Sequence record: MK773491.1
Length of the DNA stretch: 64,000 nucleotides
Strand: one strand, 5' to 3'
Below the pieces are notes generated by a model that did no database searches, had not been told where the DNA came from, and saw only the letters and a list, made by a program, of their open reading frames with translations. Shown piece by piece: positions 28,202 to 38,410 of this stretch (position 1 is the first letter of the stretch; each line of letters starts with the position of its first letter). The translations under genes were made by a program, and so were the position numbers.

Positions 28202-28774
28202 TTGGAGTTTATTTTGACATTCAAAGATAGATTTAAAGATTTTTCCAGATTAGAACTTATTGAGTACTGCAAAAAGATTCTTGGTCTATCTAAGTTTCTT
28301 CAAGATAACTACACTGAATGTGTAGAGTACTTCGATATTGATACTAATAATGGAGATCATGTTCGTATTCGAGATGTATATCATGGTGATGTATGGTTTT
28401 CCTTCTATTCTGATTATAGATATCGTTTAGTACAAAACACGTTAGTACAGATGCAATTGACTGCTAATATTTCATCATCTTCAGTACTCTATGATAGATC
28501 AGAAGCATATCCTAGCGGGAAGACTGGTTTTGAGTTTTCACGCATTATGAATATAACAATACCTTGTTGGTCACATATTTGTACTGAAGAATTATTCTTT
28601 CAAGAATCACTATTATTAGATACGTATACATTTAATATTAATTTCGTGTACTCATTCTTAAAAGAATATGGAAATGGGGCATTTACTATTGAGTTGGATG
28701 AAGTTGAAGAGAAGCATGATATTTTAATGCAGCACAACAAATATAAGGATTTCTATGAATCTATCAGACTATAG
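28202..28774 (+). CDS. FQ-motif paralog (ELFFQESLLL); start uncertain
   Basis: Motif; TTG start in the track. Confidence 0.8.
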   Translation: MEFILTFKDRFKDFSRLELIEYCKKILGLSKFLQDNYTECVEYFDIDTNNGDHVRIRDVYHGDVWFSFYSDYRYRLVQNTLVQMQLTANISSSSVLYDRSEAYPSGKTGFEFSRIMNITIPCWSHICTEELFFQESLLLDTYTFNINFVYSFLKEYGNGAFTIELDEVEEKHDILMQHNKYKDFYESIRL

Positions 28775-29363
28775 ATATGAAGACTGGATGAACATTAAGG
28801 CAGTGGCTTTAGTACTAAGAGACATTTCGGATCACTATGCCTATTCAGTCACAGGTTCAATTGATAAAGTACTATACGATAATGGTCACTTTAAGATTTC
28901 ACTGTACACCAGTAGTATTGTTATTCAGAAAAATGTTGAGGATGTATTAAGAGAAAGATCATTTATCCTAGGTGTTAATACTGAAGAAGGTGATGACAAA
29001 CGTCCGTACAGTGCACGCTTACACAAAGAATCAGATAGATTTACTGTTCGCAATTCGGACAGTAATAGTATTTTGTACGTTGATAATAATAACTGGTGGT
29101 TCCGTGATGTTCGCGGTGATGAAGTGTATCTTGATGTACTTGAAAGTACTGATAAAGAATCTTTAGAGCTTGAAGTATTTCAGAAGAGTTTAATATATAC
29201 TGAACCCGAAATGAATGCTATGATCATGAACTATCTATTACGTAACACACTAATAAGTAATGAAAGTAGTAAAATATACCTAGGCTATACTAATACATTG
29301 CATCATATTTTAGATGCATATCAGTACTTAGAGGATATCCAAAAAAAATGTTTGAAAGATTAG
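28755..29363 (+). CDS. FQ-motif paralog (LEVFQKSLIY)
   Basis: Coupled ORF, motif. Confidence 0.85.
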   Translation: MNLSDYRYEDWMNIKAVALVLRDISDHYAYSVTGSIDKVLYDNGHFKISLYTSSIVIQKNVEDVLRERSFILGVNTEEGDDKRPYSARLHKESDRFTVRNSDSNSILYVDNNNWWFRDVRGDEVYLDVLESTDKESLELEVFQKSLIYTEPEMNAMIMNYLLRNTLISNESSKIYLGYTNTLHHILDAYQYLEDIQKKCLKD

Positions 29364-29887
29364 AGTACATTAAAAAGTTGATAGATATGATGATTTACAT
29401 TCATAGTAATCACATACATCTTACCAGACCATTATCTAAAAATGTTAGCATATCATCGAAGCTATATGATAATGCACTTGCGACAACAATTATTGATAAA
29501 TTAGATCAGTGGTTTGTTATGGCCTGTCATGATTATGTTGGACAGCCTATAACAGAAAATACGATATTCTACTGTGATAATAGTTTTGGTAGTGGACACG
29601 TTCAGTGCACTATGCATTCATCATATATAGCAGATCAACGAGGTATTGCACACACAGAAAGTGAGATTACATTACCAGTACTTGATTTTCTTGAAGAATC
29701 ATCATTATTTCAGTACAGTACAATGTACAATGATTATCATCTATTCTTTATGTGGGTTGAATGTGCATATCATGATGTACTTCCTAAGAACTTTTATATG
29801 TCATTGAACGCCACAAAGTTGCTTGGTATGAGTGTAGAGTACTTGAAGGAATCGGTAAACATCATTGAACAAGAGTTGAATTATTGA
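29348..29887 (+). CDS. FQ-motif paralog (SSLFQYSTMY)
   Basis: Coupled ORF, motif. Confidence 0.85.
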   Translation: MFERLEYIKKLIDMMIYIHSNHIHLTRPLSKNVSISSKLYDNALATTIIDKLDQWFVMACHDYVGQPITENTIFYCDNSFGSGHVQCTMHSSYIADQRGIAHTESEITLPVLDFLEESSLFQYSTMYNDYHLFFMWVECAYHDVLPKNFYMSLNATKLLGMSVEYLKESVNIIEQELNY

Positions 29888-29943
29888 TTGACAAGGGCGG
29901 TGTATAATGTTACACTGCCCTTTCTTGTTATTAGGAGGGTTCT

Positions 29944-30498
29944 ATGGACAACCGAGTTTTTAATGAAATGAAGCGTTTCGCGGTGATGATTGATAATGAG
30001 TGGGATGAATTACAGTTCAGGAAAGAGACAGTCATAGATATTGGTAATGATTATGTTCTGACGAAGTGTGTTCATTCTGATGTGGAAAAGATTATACTTC
30101 AAAAGAAACGTCCGTACACTGTTATTAATTTAAATGTTATAACATTTTGTCGTGCACCGATGTTTTTACCTAAAGAGCCGAACAGGTTAGATCGTGGTGA
30201 GTTTATATCACTTACAAGTGATTCACCAATATGTGAAATGTTTTTATCGGACTCGGTAAGTATTCCATACGACAGAACATGTTCCGTAGATGAGCGTAAA
30301 ATGTCGGTGGACTTAACAGTTGATGATGATATGATGCGTCAATTCATGCATGTGGTCATTGACTATCAGGAACATAATTTCAAGAATCTCACGCACTGCG
30401 TTTATGAATTTGATTATTCAGTTGACTTTGCATCAGGTTGCGTGTATGATATTATTACATCCAGACCATTATTCAGAAAATATGGAGTACTGAAATGA
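29944..30498 (+). CDS. Hypothetical protein within the FQ array (no clear motif)
   Basis: Own promoter, AGGAGG RBS. Confidence 0.8.
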   Translation: MDNRVFNEMKRFAVMIDNEWDELQFRKETVIDIGNDYVLTKCVHSDVEKIILQKKRPYTVINLNVITFCRAPMFLPKEPNRLDRGEFISLTSDSPICEMFLSDSVSIPYDRTCSVDERKMSVDLTVDDDMMRQFMHVVIDYQEHNFKNLTHCVYEFDYSVDFASGCVYDIITSRPLFRKYGVLK

Positions 30499-31142
30499 AT
30501 CACAACACACTTTTCAAACACTATCGTATTCTCAAGCACTTAGTAGAATGTAGTAAAAAACTAGATCAATCTGCTGGTAATCCTGAAATCAAATTCAAGA
30601 TGATGTGGGAACTAGGTGAATTTGATGAAAAGGTTATTCGGTTACATTACGCTAAAGATAATGCATCAATCCAAATGTCAATAATCGATCCGATTAAGCA
30701 TGATATAAAAAGAATTGTTAAAATTCGCATGGCCCACAACAACCATTACTATGATAAGAAGAATTATCTTTCGTACAATGGTAATGGTTTTACAATTAAC
30801 GGTTCGGACAAAATTCGTTATACTGAATTGAATGCACATGAACACATTTTACTTGATCCCCTACCACTAGAGACTGCTGGTTCATTAGTACTTCGCGATT
30901 CGTTAGAAGAGATTGATTTCCAGTACAACACACTATACAACTTCACTGGTAATGCATTTCAGATGTACTGTATCTTTAGTATGTTGTTCCATATTGATAA
31001 TATTACGAAACCTTTTTACATGAATTCTGGAGAAGAAGCATTGATGAATGTAGAATTATCAATGAATATTCCAGAAAATATTATTGATGACCTTGCAGTA
31101 CGTGTTGAAGAATTCCATAAGAAACTACATGAGGATTTGTAA
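30495..31142 (+). CDS. FQ-motif paralog (EIDFQYNTLY)
   Basis: Coupled ORF, motif. Confidence 0.85.
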   Translation: MNHNTLFKHYRILKHLVECSKKLDQSAGNPEIKFKMMWELGEFDEKVIRLHYAKDNASIQMSIIDPIKHDIKRIVKIRMAHNNHYYDKKNYLSYNGNGFTINGSDKIRYTELNAHEHILLDPLPLETAGSLVLRDSLEEIDFQYNTLYNFTGNAFQMYCIFSMLFHIDNITKPFYMNSGEEALMNVELSMNIPENIIDDLAVRVEEFHKKLHEDL

Positions 31143-31648
31143 TGAATAAGCACTTGCACGTAATCAAAGAATTAGAAAAGATAATGGATGCATGTCATTT
31201 TGAATCCAAAACCTTCAATAAGAGGTATCCTTCTGATTTTTGTATTACAGTTGATTGCAGAGAAGAATACCCACGTGCAAGTATTTTTACTATGCCTAAT
31301 ATAGAAACAATCTATTACATTAGTAAAGTACCTACTAAGAATAGTCTTTGCTATTGTCATCCCAAAAAAGCATCGTGTTTATCTTTAAACAGTGTTGATG
31401 TATTACAAATCGGCAGTGATACTGTTATCGATTTGGAGCCTATCAATTTACTTGAAGATAATTCAGATAAGCTATTCCAGATGAGTACTTTATTCCCTAA
31501 CTTCATAGTTGAGTCATGGGCGGTTATTTCTCATTTACGTTTCGGTGATTCAGACATTGAAGGTTTAGTCATTAGTGATATTAGTGATGAACATTATAAT
31601 AATGTACTAGAACTTCTAGAACAAGCAAAAGGTGATATACATGAGTGA
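31142..31648 (+). CDS. FQ-motif paralog (DKLFQMSTLF)
   Basis: Coupled ORF, motif. Confidence 0.85.
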   Translation: MNKHLHVIKELEKIMDACHFESKTFNKRYPSDFCITVDCREEYPRASIFTMPNIETIYYISKVPTKNSLCYCHPKKASCLSLNSVDVLQIGSDTVIDLEPINLLEDNSDKLFQMSTLFPNFIVESWAVISHLRFGDSDIEGLVISDISDEHYNNVLELLEQAKGDIHE

Positions 31649-32177
31649 AATCAATCCAGTATTTGAATTGGTTTGTAAAATTAAAACAATTCGCGATTAT
31701 CAACGTTGTGCTACACATTATAAGTACTTTCCAAAATTTGAAAAAGGTGACTTTGCAATTCATGCATTTGAACTTGATGCTCTTGAGATAAAACAGATAA
31801 GTACTAACTTCCCAATCATGTGCATAAATGATATCAATACGGTACTTGAATACGAAAACAACCATCGTGATCAAAATAATGAAGACAGATATACTTTCTT
31901 TTGGCGGCGGTCAAGTGGGGATGATATCGAAAGGGCTGATACTTCTAAATTTTCATTACCTTTGTTTGATGGTACTAACTATGACGAAGTAGAATTCAAT
32001 GCTGATATGCTTGTAGTTAATTCATTACCTGTAGTACTTTGCACTCTATTAAAAGAGTACAGTAAAGAAACTAATACCATATATTTGGGTCGTTTTACAT
32101 ATGATGATGTACATACAATTAATAATCTATTAGATGAGGCAATAGAATGGATCAACAAAAGTACACAAGCATCTTAA
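31641..32177 (+). CDS. Divergent FQ-family paralog (DEVEFNADMLV)
   Basis: Coupled ORF, degenerate motif. Confidence 0.75.
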   Translation: MSEINPVFELVCKIKTIRDYQRCATHYKYFPKFEKGDFAIHAFELDALEIKQISTNFPIMCINDINTVLEYENNHRDQNNEDRYTFFWRRSSGDDIERADTSKFSLPLFDGTNYDEVEFNADMLVVNSLPVVLCTLLKEYSKETNTIYLGRFTYDDVHTINNLLDEAIEWINKSTQAS

Positions 32178-32740
32178 TGGCGTTATTACATTTATTGAAG
32201 AAACATGATGAAATGAATACTTATTTCGATTCTGAAATTTCTTTTATGCACAATTCAGAATGTATTACTGTGCAATTAAATTGTGATGAATATGCTACTG
32301 CTATGTCAGTTAAATTCGATTCGAAAAATCTCATACGAATTCGTCTTGTTAATTGGTGCAGATTACATAATAGTACTGAATCAGAGGCATTGGATGATTT
32401 TAGTAATATCAATATGTCTTCTAGAGAATCAAGCGATTCCAGTTCGTTAAATTGCATTACACTCAATCCAGAAAAGATTAAGTTGTATATTCAAGGTTTC
32501 AAGAACCATTTAGTAGATTATAATAATATAGAGAGTGAACATTTCCAGATTAGTACAATAGAAGATATTCCAGATTTGGAACAATATCAGTACATGAGAA
32601 AAATGTATGATTTTTATAGTTCTTTATTGCCACAATTTGTTGGTTTGAATATTCAGTACATTAAAGATGAAAAATATAATAATTGTGATTTTATAGATTT
32701 CATCACTAAGAAAATTTGGGGGTTGATTGCATTATCATGA
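32147..32740 (+). CDS. FQ-motif paralog (SEHFQISTIE)
   Basis: Coupled ORF, motif. Confidence 0.85.
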   Translation: MDQQKYTSILMALLHLLKKHDEMNTYFDSEISFMHNSECITVQLNCDEYATAMSVKFDSKNLIRIRLVNWCRLHNSTESEALDDFSNINMSSRESSDSSSLNCITLNPEKIKLYIQGFKNHLVDYNNIESEHFQISTIEDIPDLEQYQYMRKMYDFYSSLLPQFVGLNIQYIKDEKYNNCDFIDFITKKIWGLIALS

Positions 32741-33381
32741 AAACGATTTACGAAAAGGCAGAGAAGTTTTGTGGATATCTTAAAGATATTGTGTACATGA
32801 TGCGTTTCTATCAGGATCATTATGTTAGATTGAATAATTATAAAAATACATATAACAATACAATGATTCTAAGAAATGCAAATGAAAAAATGCGGTCGTA
32901 TTATTTTAACTTCATGCATGAAGAATTTGGTATCATGAATGCAATCACGACAAATGATATGTACGATAGACTTATCACGATAACCAACTCTAAAAGTCAT
33001 ATAGATAATAACATTAAAGGTGATAGACCGAAATATAATTTTGTTATGTACTACTATGATAAGGTTGAGGATGACATGTGGCCTTTATTTGACATGTTGA
33101 CTAACGGTATTGAATCTGATACAATCAAAGAAACTGAATTTCAAGCCCTGATGTTACATAATGAAGATACTTTACAAAAATACTATATTGCTATTATCAT
33201 GATGGAGACATTAGGTTTATTCAGTGATCTTGATATGCCAGTACCAATATTGGCATTGGGTAGTACTGATATACTGCGGTTCATCCCTGCAAGAAAAGCA
33301 ATGATTGATATGATGACAAAGAAGGTTGGAGATGATTGGAAAACAAAACTTGAAAAGCGTTATGGACATGTTATTAAATGA
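32716..33381 (+). CDS. FQ-motif paralog (ETEFQALMLH); start may be a downstream ATG
   Basis: Coupled ORF, motif. Confidence 0.8.
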   Translation: MGVDCIIMKTIYEKAEKFCGYLKDIVYMMRFYQDHYVRLNNYKNTYNNTMILRNANEKMRSYYFNFMHEEFGIMNAITTNDMYDRLITITNSKSHIDNNIKGDRPKYNFVMYYYDKVEDDMWPLFDMLTNGIESDTIKETEFQALMLHNEDTLQKYYIAIIMMETLGLFSDLDMPVPILALGSTDILRFIPARKAMIDMMTKKVGDDWKTKLEKRYGHVIK

Positions 33382-33919
33382 TGAAGTTTACTTTTCATTA
33401 TTCAATCTAATTGAGCGTTACAGGAACTTTCAAAGTACTTGTACACATGATTTGTTACGTAATATGTCCGAGAGACTTGAAAATATTACAGCAGATTATT
33501 GGAAAGAATATTTTGGTATTTCATTCAGAAGTCATGCACATAGTTCGATGGATAATATACTTACACTAAGTGAGTATGTTTCTACACATACCACAAATTT
33601 CATTTCAGTAAATGGTCTTGTTGTTCATGGAAATATTATTGGTACAGAAATTTGTCCTTTAAAGGATACCAATCTTGATGAAATAGAATATGACTTCTAT
33701 TTTTATTTGAATAACTGTAGTCTTTCTGGTAATGATGATGCTGAACTATTCCAACAAAGTACACTGTATAATGTTTACAGCCCTTCGGAACTTCAGGAAA
33801 TGGTTATTCGTTTAACCAATCTACCACTTCATCAAAATGAACGATTGACACTGGAACCCAAAGTGTGTTATCATCAGTGCTATAAATTTTTTGACGAATT
33901 ACTACGGGGATATTCATGA
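33362..33919 (+). CDS. FQ-motif paralog (AELFQQSTLY)
   Basis: Coupled ORF, motif; start moved. Confidence 0.8.
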   Translation: MDMLLNDEVYFSLFNLIERYRNFQSTCTHDLLRNMSERLENITADYWKEYFGISFRSHAHSSMDNILTLSEYVSTHTTNFISVNGLVVHGNIIGTEICPLKDTNLDEIEYDFYFYLNNCSLSGNDDAELFQQSTLYNVYSPSELQEMVIRLTNLPLHQNERLTLEPKVCYHQCYKFFDELLRGYS

Positions 33920-34320
33920 TTCTATATCATGCTAGTACTGTTAAAATTGATAAATTCTATGTTCCATATGGTGGTCTACATGTGGGAGGTATCCATAGTG
34001 CTCTTGAGGCTGCTTTACGCAAGGTTCGTCAATATGATGGCCCCGATGTATTGGATATATATTTACATCGTGTAGAGGTCAATACAGGACGTTCTATGCT
34101 ATATGAAGACATGGGTGATGATCATGGTTGGAGGGCTGCAATCATTTGCAACAGAGACAACTATGATAGTATTGAGTACAAGAACAAATTCGAACCTGAT
34201 GTAGTCAATTCTTTTGTACTATGGCAGCCTGAGCGTGTAAAAATACTTTCAGTTGACGTAATGAGTCAAGATGAAGCAGAGGATATTGTAAATGAGTTTT
34301 ATGAAACGTACAATTTTTAA
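33916..34320 (+). CDS. Putative ADP-ribosyltransferase-fold protein inserted in the FQ array
   Basis: MILYHAST...F...GGLHVG motif; lacks FQ motif. Confidence 0.45.
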   Translation: MILYHASTVKIDKFYVPYGGLHVGGIHSALEAALRKVRQYDGPDVLDIYLHRVEVNTGRSMLYEDMGDDHGWRAAIICNRDNYDSIEYKNKFEPDVVNSFVLWQPERVKILSVDVMSQDEAEDIVNEFYETYNF

Positions 34321-34924
34321 GGATGATGCCGATAGAGATATCTATCTATATCATCTTATGCTAGATTTAGGTGAACGCTTTTCCGACGTTTTTTATCATG
34401 AATTTAAGCACACTATGGAACTATCTGATGGAAAAATTGCAACTTTCAGTACTAGTACATATTCAATGTGTTTAGAAGTTGATACGGGAAAATATAATGA
34501 ACAGGGTGAACGTGAAGTATTTGAACTATGTGAAATAGGCACAGAACACTCAATGTACATTATGAATTTCAGAACTTACAGGGCATGGGGTCGTAACTTC
34601 ATTGAGAATGATTCAAGAGGAAGAGAATATACATTCTTTGATAGTGATGGATTAATGGATGATGATGAATTAGATATGAAGTTCTACGATGGAAAGATTG
34701 GTATGCAAGAAGATGAGTACTTTCAGATTTCTTTAATTCGTCCAGATGTAGTTTTGAAATATGAAGATTTAGAACGTTATATGGAAGCATTAACTTGCAA
34801 ATCAGAAAAATTGAAGAACCTTTGTTTTTATTATCGTCATGATGCTCCAATTTCAGTGCAGGATTATCATTACTTATATGATGAAGTACTAAGATATATT
34901 GAGGAATTTGTACCATGTCAGTAG
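34292..34924 (+). CDS. FQ-motif paralog (DEYFQISLIR)
   Basis: Coupled ORF, motif. Confidence 0.85.
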   Translation: MSFMKRTIFKDDADRDIYLYHLMLDLGERFSDVFYHEFKHTMELSDGKIATFSTSTYSMCLEVDTGKYNEQGEREVFELCEIGTEHSMYIMNFRTYRAWGRNFIENDSRGREYTFFDSDGLMDDDELDMKFYDGKIGMQEDEYFQISLIRPDVVLKYEDLERYMEALTCKSEKLKNLCFYYRHDAPISVQDYHYLYDEVLRYIEEFVPCQ

Positions 34925-35496
34925 AAAAAGATATTGAGTACTTCAAGGTGGTGCAGGATATTGCGATTAAACTATTAGACTATCAAATTAGTCGTGGTAT
35001 CCATTTTAGTAGTGAATTTAAATTTGATTCACATTCGTATTTAAAGTTGACTAGTTCAGAAAAAATGATTTCATTACGGTGGAGTTATCAAAATGATGTA
35101 GAACAAATATTTAACCTTTCAAGGGTAAATGAAGGTTTGAGTCTATACACTCCACACTCATGGAATGTGAATTATATCAATGAAGATTACAAAAATCGTT
35201 TTAGTTTTGTTAATACACAAGATGATACAAATACAGAATTAGTAGAAGCTGAAGAGTACATTGACAGTTTTTTCACTAATGGTTTGTGTTCTGAAGATGA
35301 CCATTTTCAGTTATCTTTACTGCACCCGGAGTTACCAGAGTATTCCGATATTCAAAAAGCATACGATGAAGTACTAATGGTGGATTGTCCAGAATTAAAA
35401 GGTTATATGCTTTTTGTTGGAATGGGATTAAATATGAGGACTGTTCGTAAGATTCGTAGGATGATTATTCATAGATACAGTCTATATAATGATTGA
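34915..35496 (+). CDS. FQ-motif paralog (DDHFQLSLLH)
   Basis: Coupled ORF, motif. Confidence 0.85.
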   Translation: MSVEKDIEYFKVVQDIAIKLLDYQISRGIHFSSEFKFDSHSYLKLTSSEKMISLRWSYQNDVEQIFNLSRVNEGLSLYTPHSWNVNYINEDYKNRFSFVNTQDDTNTELVEAEEYIDSFFTNGLCSEDDHFQLSLLHPELPEYSDIQKAYDEVLMVDCPELKGYMLFVGMGLNMRTVRKIRRMIIHRYSLYND

Positions 35497-35513
35497 AAAG
35501 TAAGTGAGGATAT

Positions 35514-35978
35514 ATGAGTGTAATTTCAGTACTTGAGAATATTGACACTATCAATTATATTATTCAACATTGCGTACAATTAAGTACTGGTAAAGAGCTA
35601 GTTCCACGTAATTCATTTGTTCAGGGTGAAGGTTATGCAATGGATGTTCGGTCAGCGGGTACACGTAGTCATTTGAATTTGCACGTAAGAACTGATTATC
35701 TTCAAGATTTATGTCGTATCATGTTGACACCCAAGAAAATGGTTGTAAGATACAGTGCAGCATTTATGTTTGTTTACAATCCAAAGACTGCGTTGTTCAC
35801 GACGAATTTATTTGATGAGCCATTTACACTCAATGACTTAGAGGCAGTATTCTTTACACAAAATTGTGTTCAGGGATGGGGCTTGCAAGTTGAATTCGAT
35901 TATGATACAATGGTTAAAACATTAACAATGTGTAGAGGAATTTACGATGCTTTTCTTGAAGATGCTAAAAAACCATAG
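35514..35978 (+). CDS. Divergent FQ-family paralog (EAVFFTQNCVQ)
   Basis: GAGGA RBS, degenerate motif. Confidence 0.75.
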   Translation: MSVISVLENIDTINYIIQHCVQLSTGKELVPRNSFVQGEGYAMDVRSAGTRSHLNLHVRTDYLQDLCRIMLTPKKMVVRYSAAFMFVYNPKTALFTTNLFDEPFTLNDLEAVFFTQNCVQGWGLQVEFDYDTMVKTLTMCRGIYDAFLEDAKKP

Positions 35979-36390
35979 TTGTGTTACGACTGAAGATGAT
36001 CTTATTCATACCCTGTTATTACACCGTGATTTGATGTTCAAAGAAGGTACTACTAATATTGGTGGTATTCCTTTTTATCACTTCCAAAATGACAGTGGTG
36101 CGGCTGAATTCAGTTATGGTACTCATTCATTAACTATTGAAAAAAATAGGTCTATGGGTGATTGTGATTTAATTATCACAATAAATCCTGATAAGCGTAA
36201 TTGCTTTCAATTTTTCATCCGTTCACATGATGATTCTGTACATATTCCAGATAAAAGTATGACATATCATAGTATACCGTTAAATGCATTTAATGAGTTT
36301 GATTTCTTCCAGTACACCCTATTGAACTTATCTCATACTTGCAGTGATGATAATCTAATTAACTTAGTAAACTTACTAAAGGAGTTTTAA
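35947..36390 (+). CDS. FQ-motif paralog (FDFFQYTLLN)
   Basis: Coupled ORF, motif. Confidence 0.8.
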   Translation: MLFLKMLKNHSCVTTEDDLIHTLLLHRDLMFKEGTTNIGGIPFYHFQNDSGAAEFSYGTHSLTIEKNRSMGDCDLIITINPDKRNCFQFFIRSHDDSVHIPDKSMTYHSIPLNAFNEFDFFQYTLLNLSHTCSDDNLINLVNLLKEF

Positions 36391-36876
36391 ATGTCAGAAC
36401 TAAATGTAGTTTTTCAAAAACTAACTGACTATTTTTCTAATAAAGATTACACTTCAAATGGTGTAATGCGTAGTGCTGACATTTTCACAGTATCTTCGAA
36501 ATATAAAACTGTAACATTCGGTCTTAATACACTACGTTTTGTATTTGGTGATGATGAAAAGAATGCAACAATTTCAATCAATCCACTACAAGTTGAAATT
36601 GGTTCGTATGTTCGTGACGTTGAGTTAGTACTACAAGTACTTTCATCTGGTTTTACTAGTAAGTACAATCGTCTCCATGTAGATGGTGGTGAGCTATTTC
36701 AGTTCAGTACTGTACATGATTTTGACTTTGGAATCCTCTCTGAATTGATGACTAAATACTTAGAGCTTCTAAAGGTATTGAAAGACTCACCACGTTCAAT
36801 TGCAAAAGATAATATTGACCAAGCAATTGAAAACGTCACGAAAGCGGTTGAGGCTTATCGCCTAGAAGGAAAATAA
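36391..36876 (+). CDS. FQ-motif paralog (GELFQFSTVH)
   Basis: AGGAG RBS, motif. Confidence 0.85.
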   Translation: MSELNVVFQKLTDYFSNKDYTSNGVMRSADIFTVSSKYKTVTFGLNTLRFVFGDDEKNATISINPLQVEIGSYVRDVELVLQVLSSGFTSKYNRLHVDGGELFQFSTVHDFDFGILSELMTKYLELLKVLKDSPRSIAKDNIDQAIENVTKAVEAYRLEGK

Positions 36877-36922
36877 GATAGAGTACAAGGATTGTACTAG
36901 AAATAGGTTCAAGGAGTGAACT

Positions 36923-37396
36923 ATGATCGAATTAAAAGAGAGTGGCCCCGTACAAGATATAATCACTCACGATGCCTTTAAAATACATGATTTAATGTTT
37001 AACTTTCATGATGTGATTCAATGTTTATTTTTGTGCAGTAAGTCAATGTATGATTGCTTCCACTCGGATAAATGTAATATTTTTATTGTTACGGTGAGTA
37101 CTAAAGATTCTTGGGTAATGGGTATGCCTATGTATACTAATCAGGATTTTAATGAACGTGTGTGCCGTAATACAGATGAAGAAACCGCACAAAGTAATGT
37201 ACAAAATCGTCGTAATACATACTTGACAAAAGATGACGATAAGTATATGCTATTCCTCACAAAAGGGTTTATTCTCGATAATTTTATTGTGAAGGATAGT
37301 TACCACGACTTTAAGGTATCAGAAGACAAACCGCATGTAATGATCTATGCTTCCGATATAGAGAGTCTATCAGTAAAAAATCCTGATTTGGAGTAA
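36923..37396 (+). CDS. Hypothetical protein
   Basis: AGGAG RBS. Confidence 0.8.
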   Translation: MIELKESGPVQDIITHDAFKIHDLMFNFHDVIQCLFLCSKSMYDCFHSDKCNIFIVTVSTKDSWVMGMPMYTNQDFNERVCRNTDEETAQSNVQNRRNTYLTKDDDKYMLFLTKGFILDNFIVKDSYHDFKVSEDKPHVMIYASDIESLSVKNPDLE

Positions 37397-37398
37397 TT

Positions 37399-37551
37399 AT
37401 GGCAAAGAAAAGTAAATCCGTTGTTGTCAACAATCCAGTTGCTAAACACATGGAGACCTTCAACAAACCTAAAACTTTTGTTGATCAGAAAAAAGAAACC
37501 AAGAATGGTAAAATTAAACATAAAGGACGTGGCTGGGACACGTCCTTTTAA
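37399..37551 (+). CDS. Small Lys-rich protein (50 aa, NNPVAKHMETFNKPKTFVDQKKE..KIKHKG)
   Basis: GGAG RBS; below track cutoff; terminator hairpin inside the 3' end. Confidence 0.8.
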   Translation: MAKKSKSVVVNNPVAKHMETFNKPKTFVDQKKETKNGKIKHKGRGWDTSF

Positions 37552-37566
37552 CATTTGTGGGGTACT

Positions 37567-38280
37567 ATGAATAACATTTTCGACTACAAGACTTACACAG
37601 TACAAGAGTACAATGACATGCTATCTGAACTTTATCATGGTAAACGTGATACTGTTCCTTTTAATTGTGAAATTAAAGAGATTACCCGTAAACCGGGAGT
37701 AGTACTAGTAATCTTGTCAGATAATTCGTGGTTATCACTTGGTTCATCAGGATGGACTGCTAAAACTTATGATCCAGATATTCAAGATGTAATTTATGAA
37801 AATCAGTTCTACAGCAAAGATAGAACTAGTGAAAGTATTGGTTTGAAACATGTATCATATGTACATCGTCCCGCTAAAGGTATTACCTACAAGACGTATC
37901 ACATGCGTGGCGTAGAGATTTCTCGCCATGATAATGATCGCGTGTATGTAGGTCAACATCGGTACTATGCGTACCGTTTTAACAAATACAAAAAATATTC
38001 AGAACATCATCTAACTACTCATGAAGGATTGACTTTATATGAGAAAGTGAATAACAATGGGAGAGTACTACAAACGTCTATTCGGGTTGTGGGTAACAAC
38101 AAGACTACGTATTCCATGCATATTAAATGTATTTCTAAAAAAGAAATTGAAATAAGTATGCACCGGAACTTTGAACGTGAGCAGCGTCTGCACAGATTTA
38201 AGTATCGTGATGCTAGTATTGATTTTGTTTATAATAAGTATGTTACATTTGATTTTGATATGTTAGCGAATCCAGAATAA
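37567..38280 (+). CDS. Hypothetical protein, possibly truncated by an in-frame TAA (frame continues to 38442)
   Basis: 53 further sense codons after the stop. Confidence 0.75.
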   Translation: MNNIFDYKTYTVQEYNDMLSELYHGKRDTVPFNCEIKEITRKPGVVLVILSDNSWLSLGSSGWTAKTYDPDIQDVIYENQFYSKDRTSESIGLKHVSYVHRPAKGITYKTYHMRGVEISRHDNDRVYVGQHRYYAYRFNKYKKYSEHHLTTHEGLTLYEKVNNNGRVLQTSIRVVGNNKTTYSMHIKCISKKEIEISMHRNFEREQRLHRFKYRDASIDFVYNKYVTFDFDMLANPE

Positions 38281-38410
38281 TATGAAGTATTTGATGGAGT
38301 TCGTACTTTCTTCAAAAGTAATATCTTATGTACCTATAATAGACTAAAGGATGATGGAAAGAATGTAACACTATTCAGCAAATTCGTTAAGGCGATTGAG
38401 GTAATGGAAG

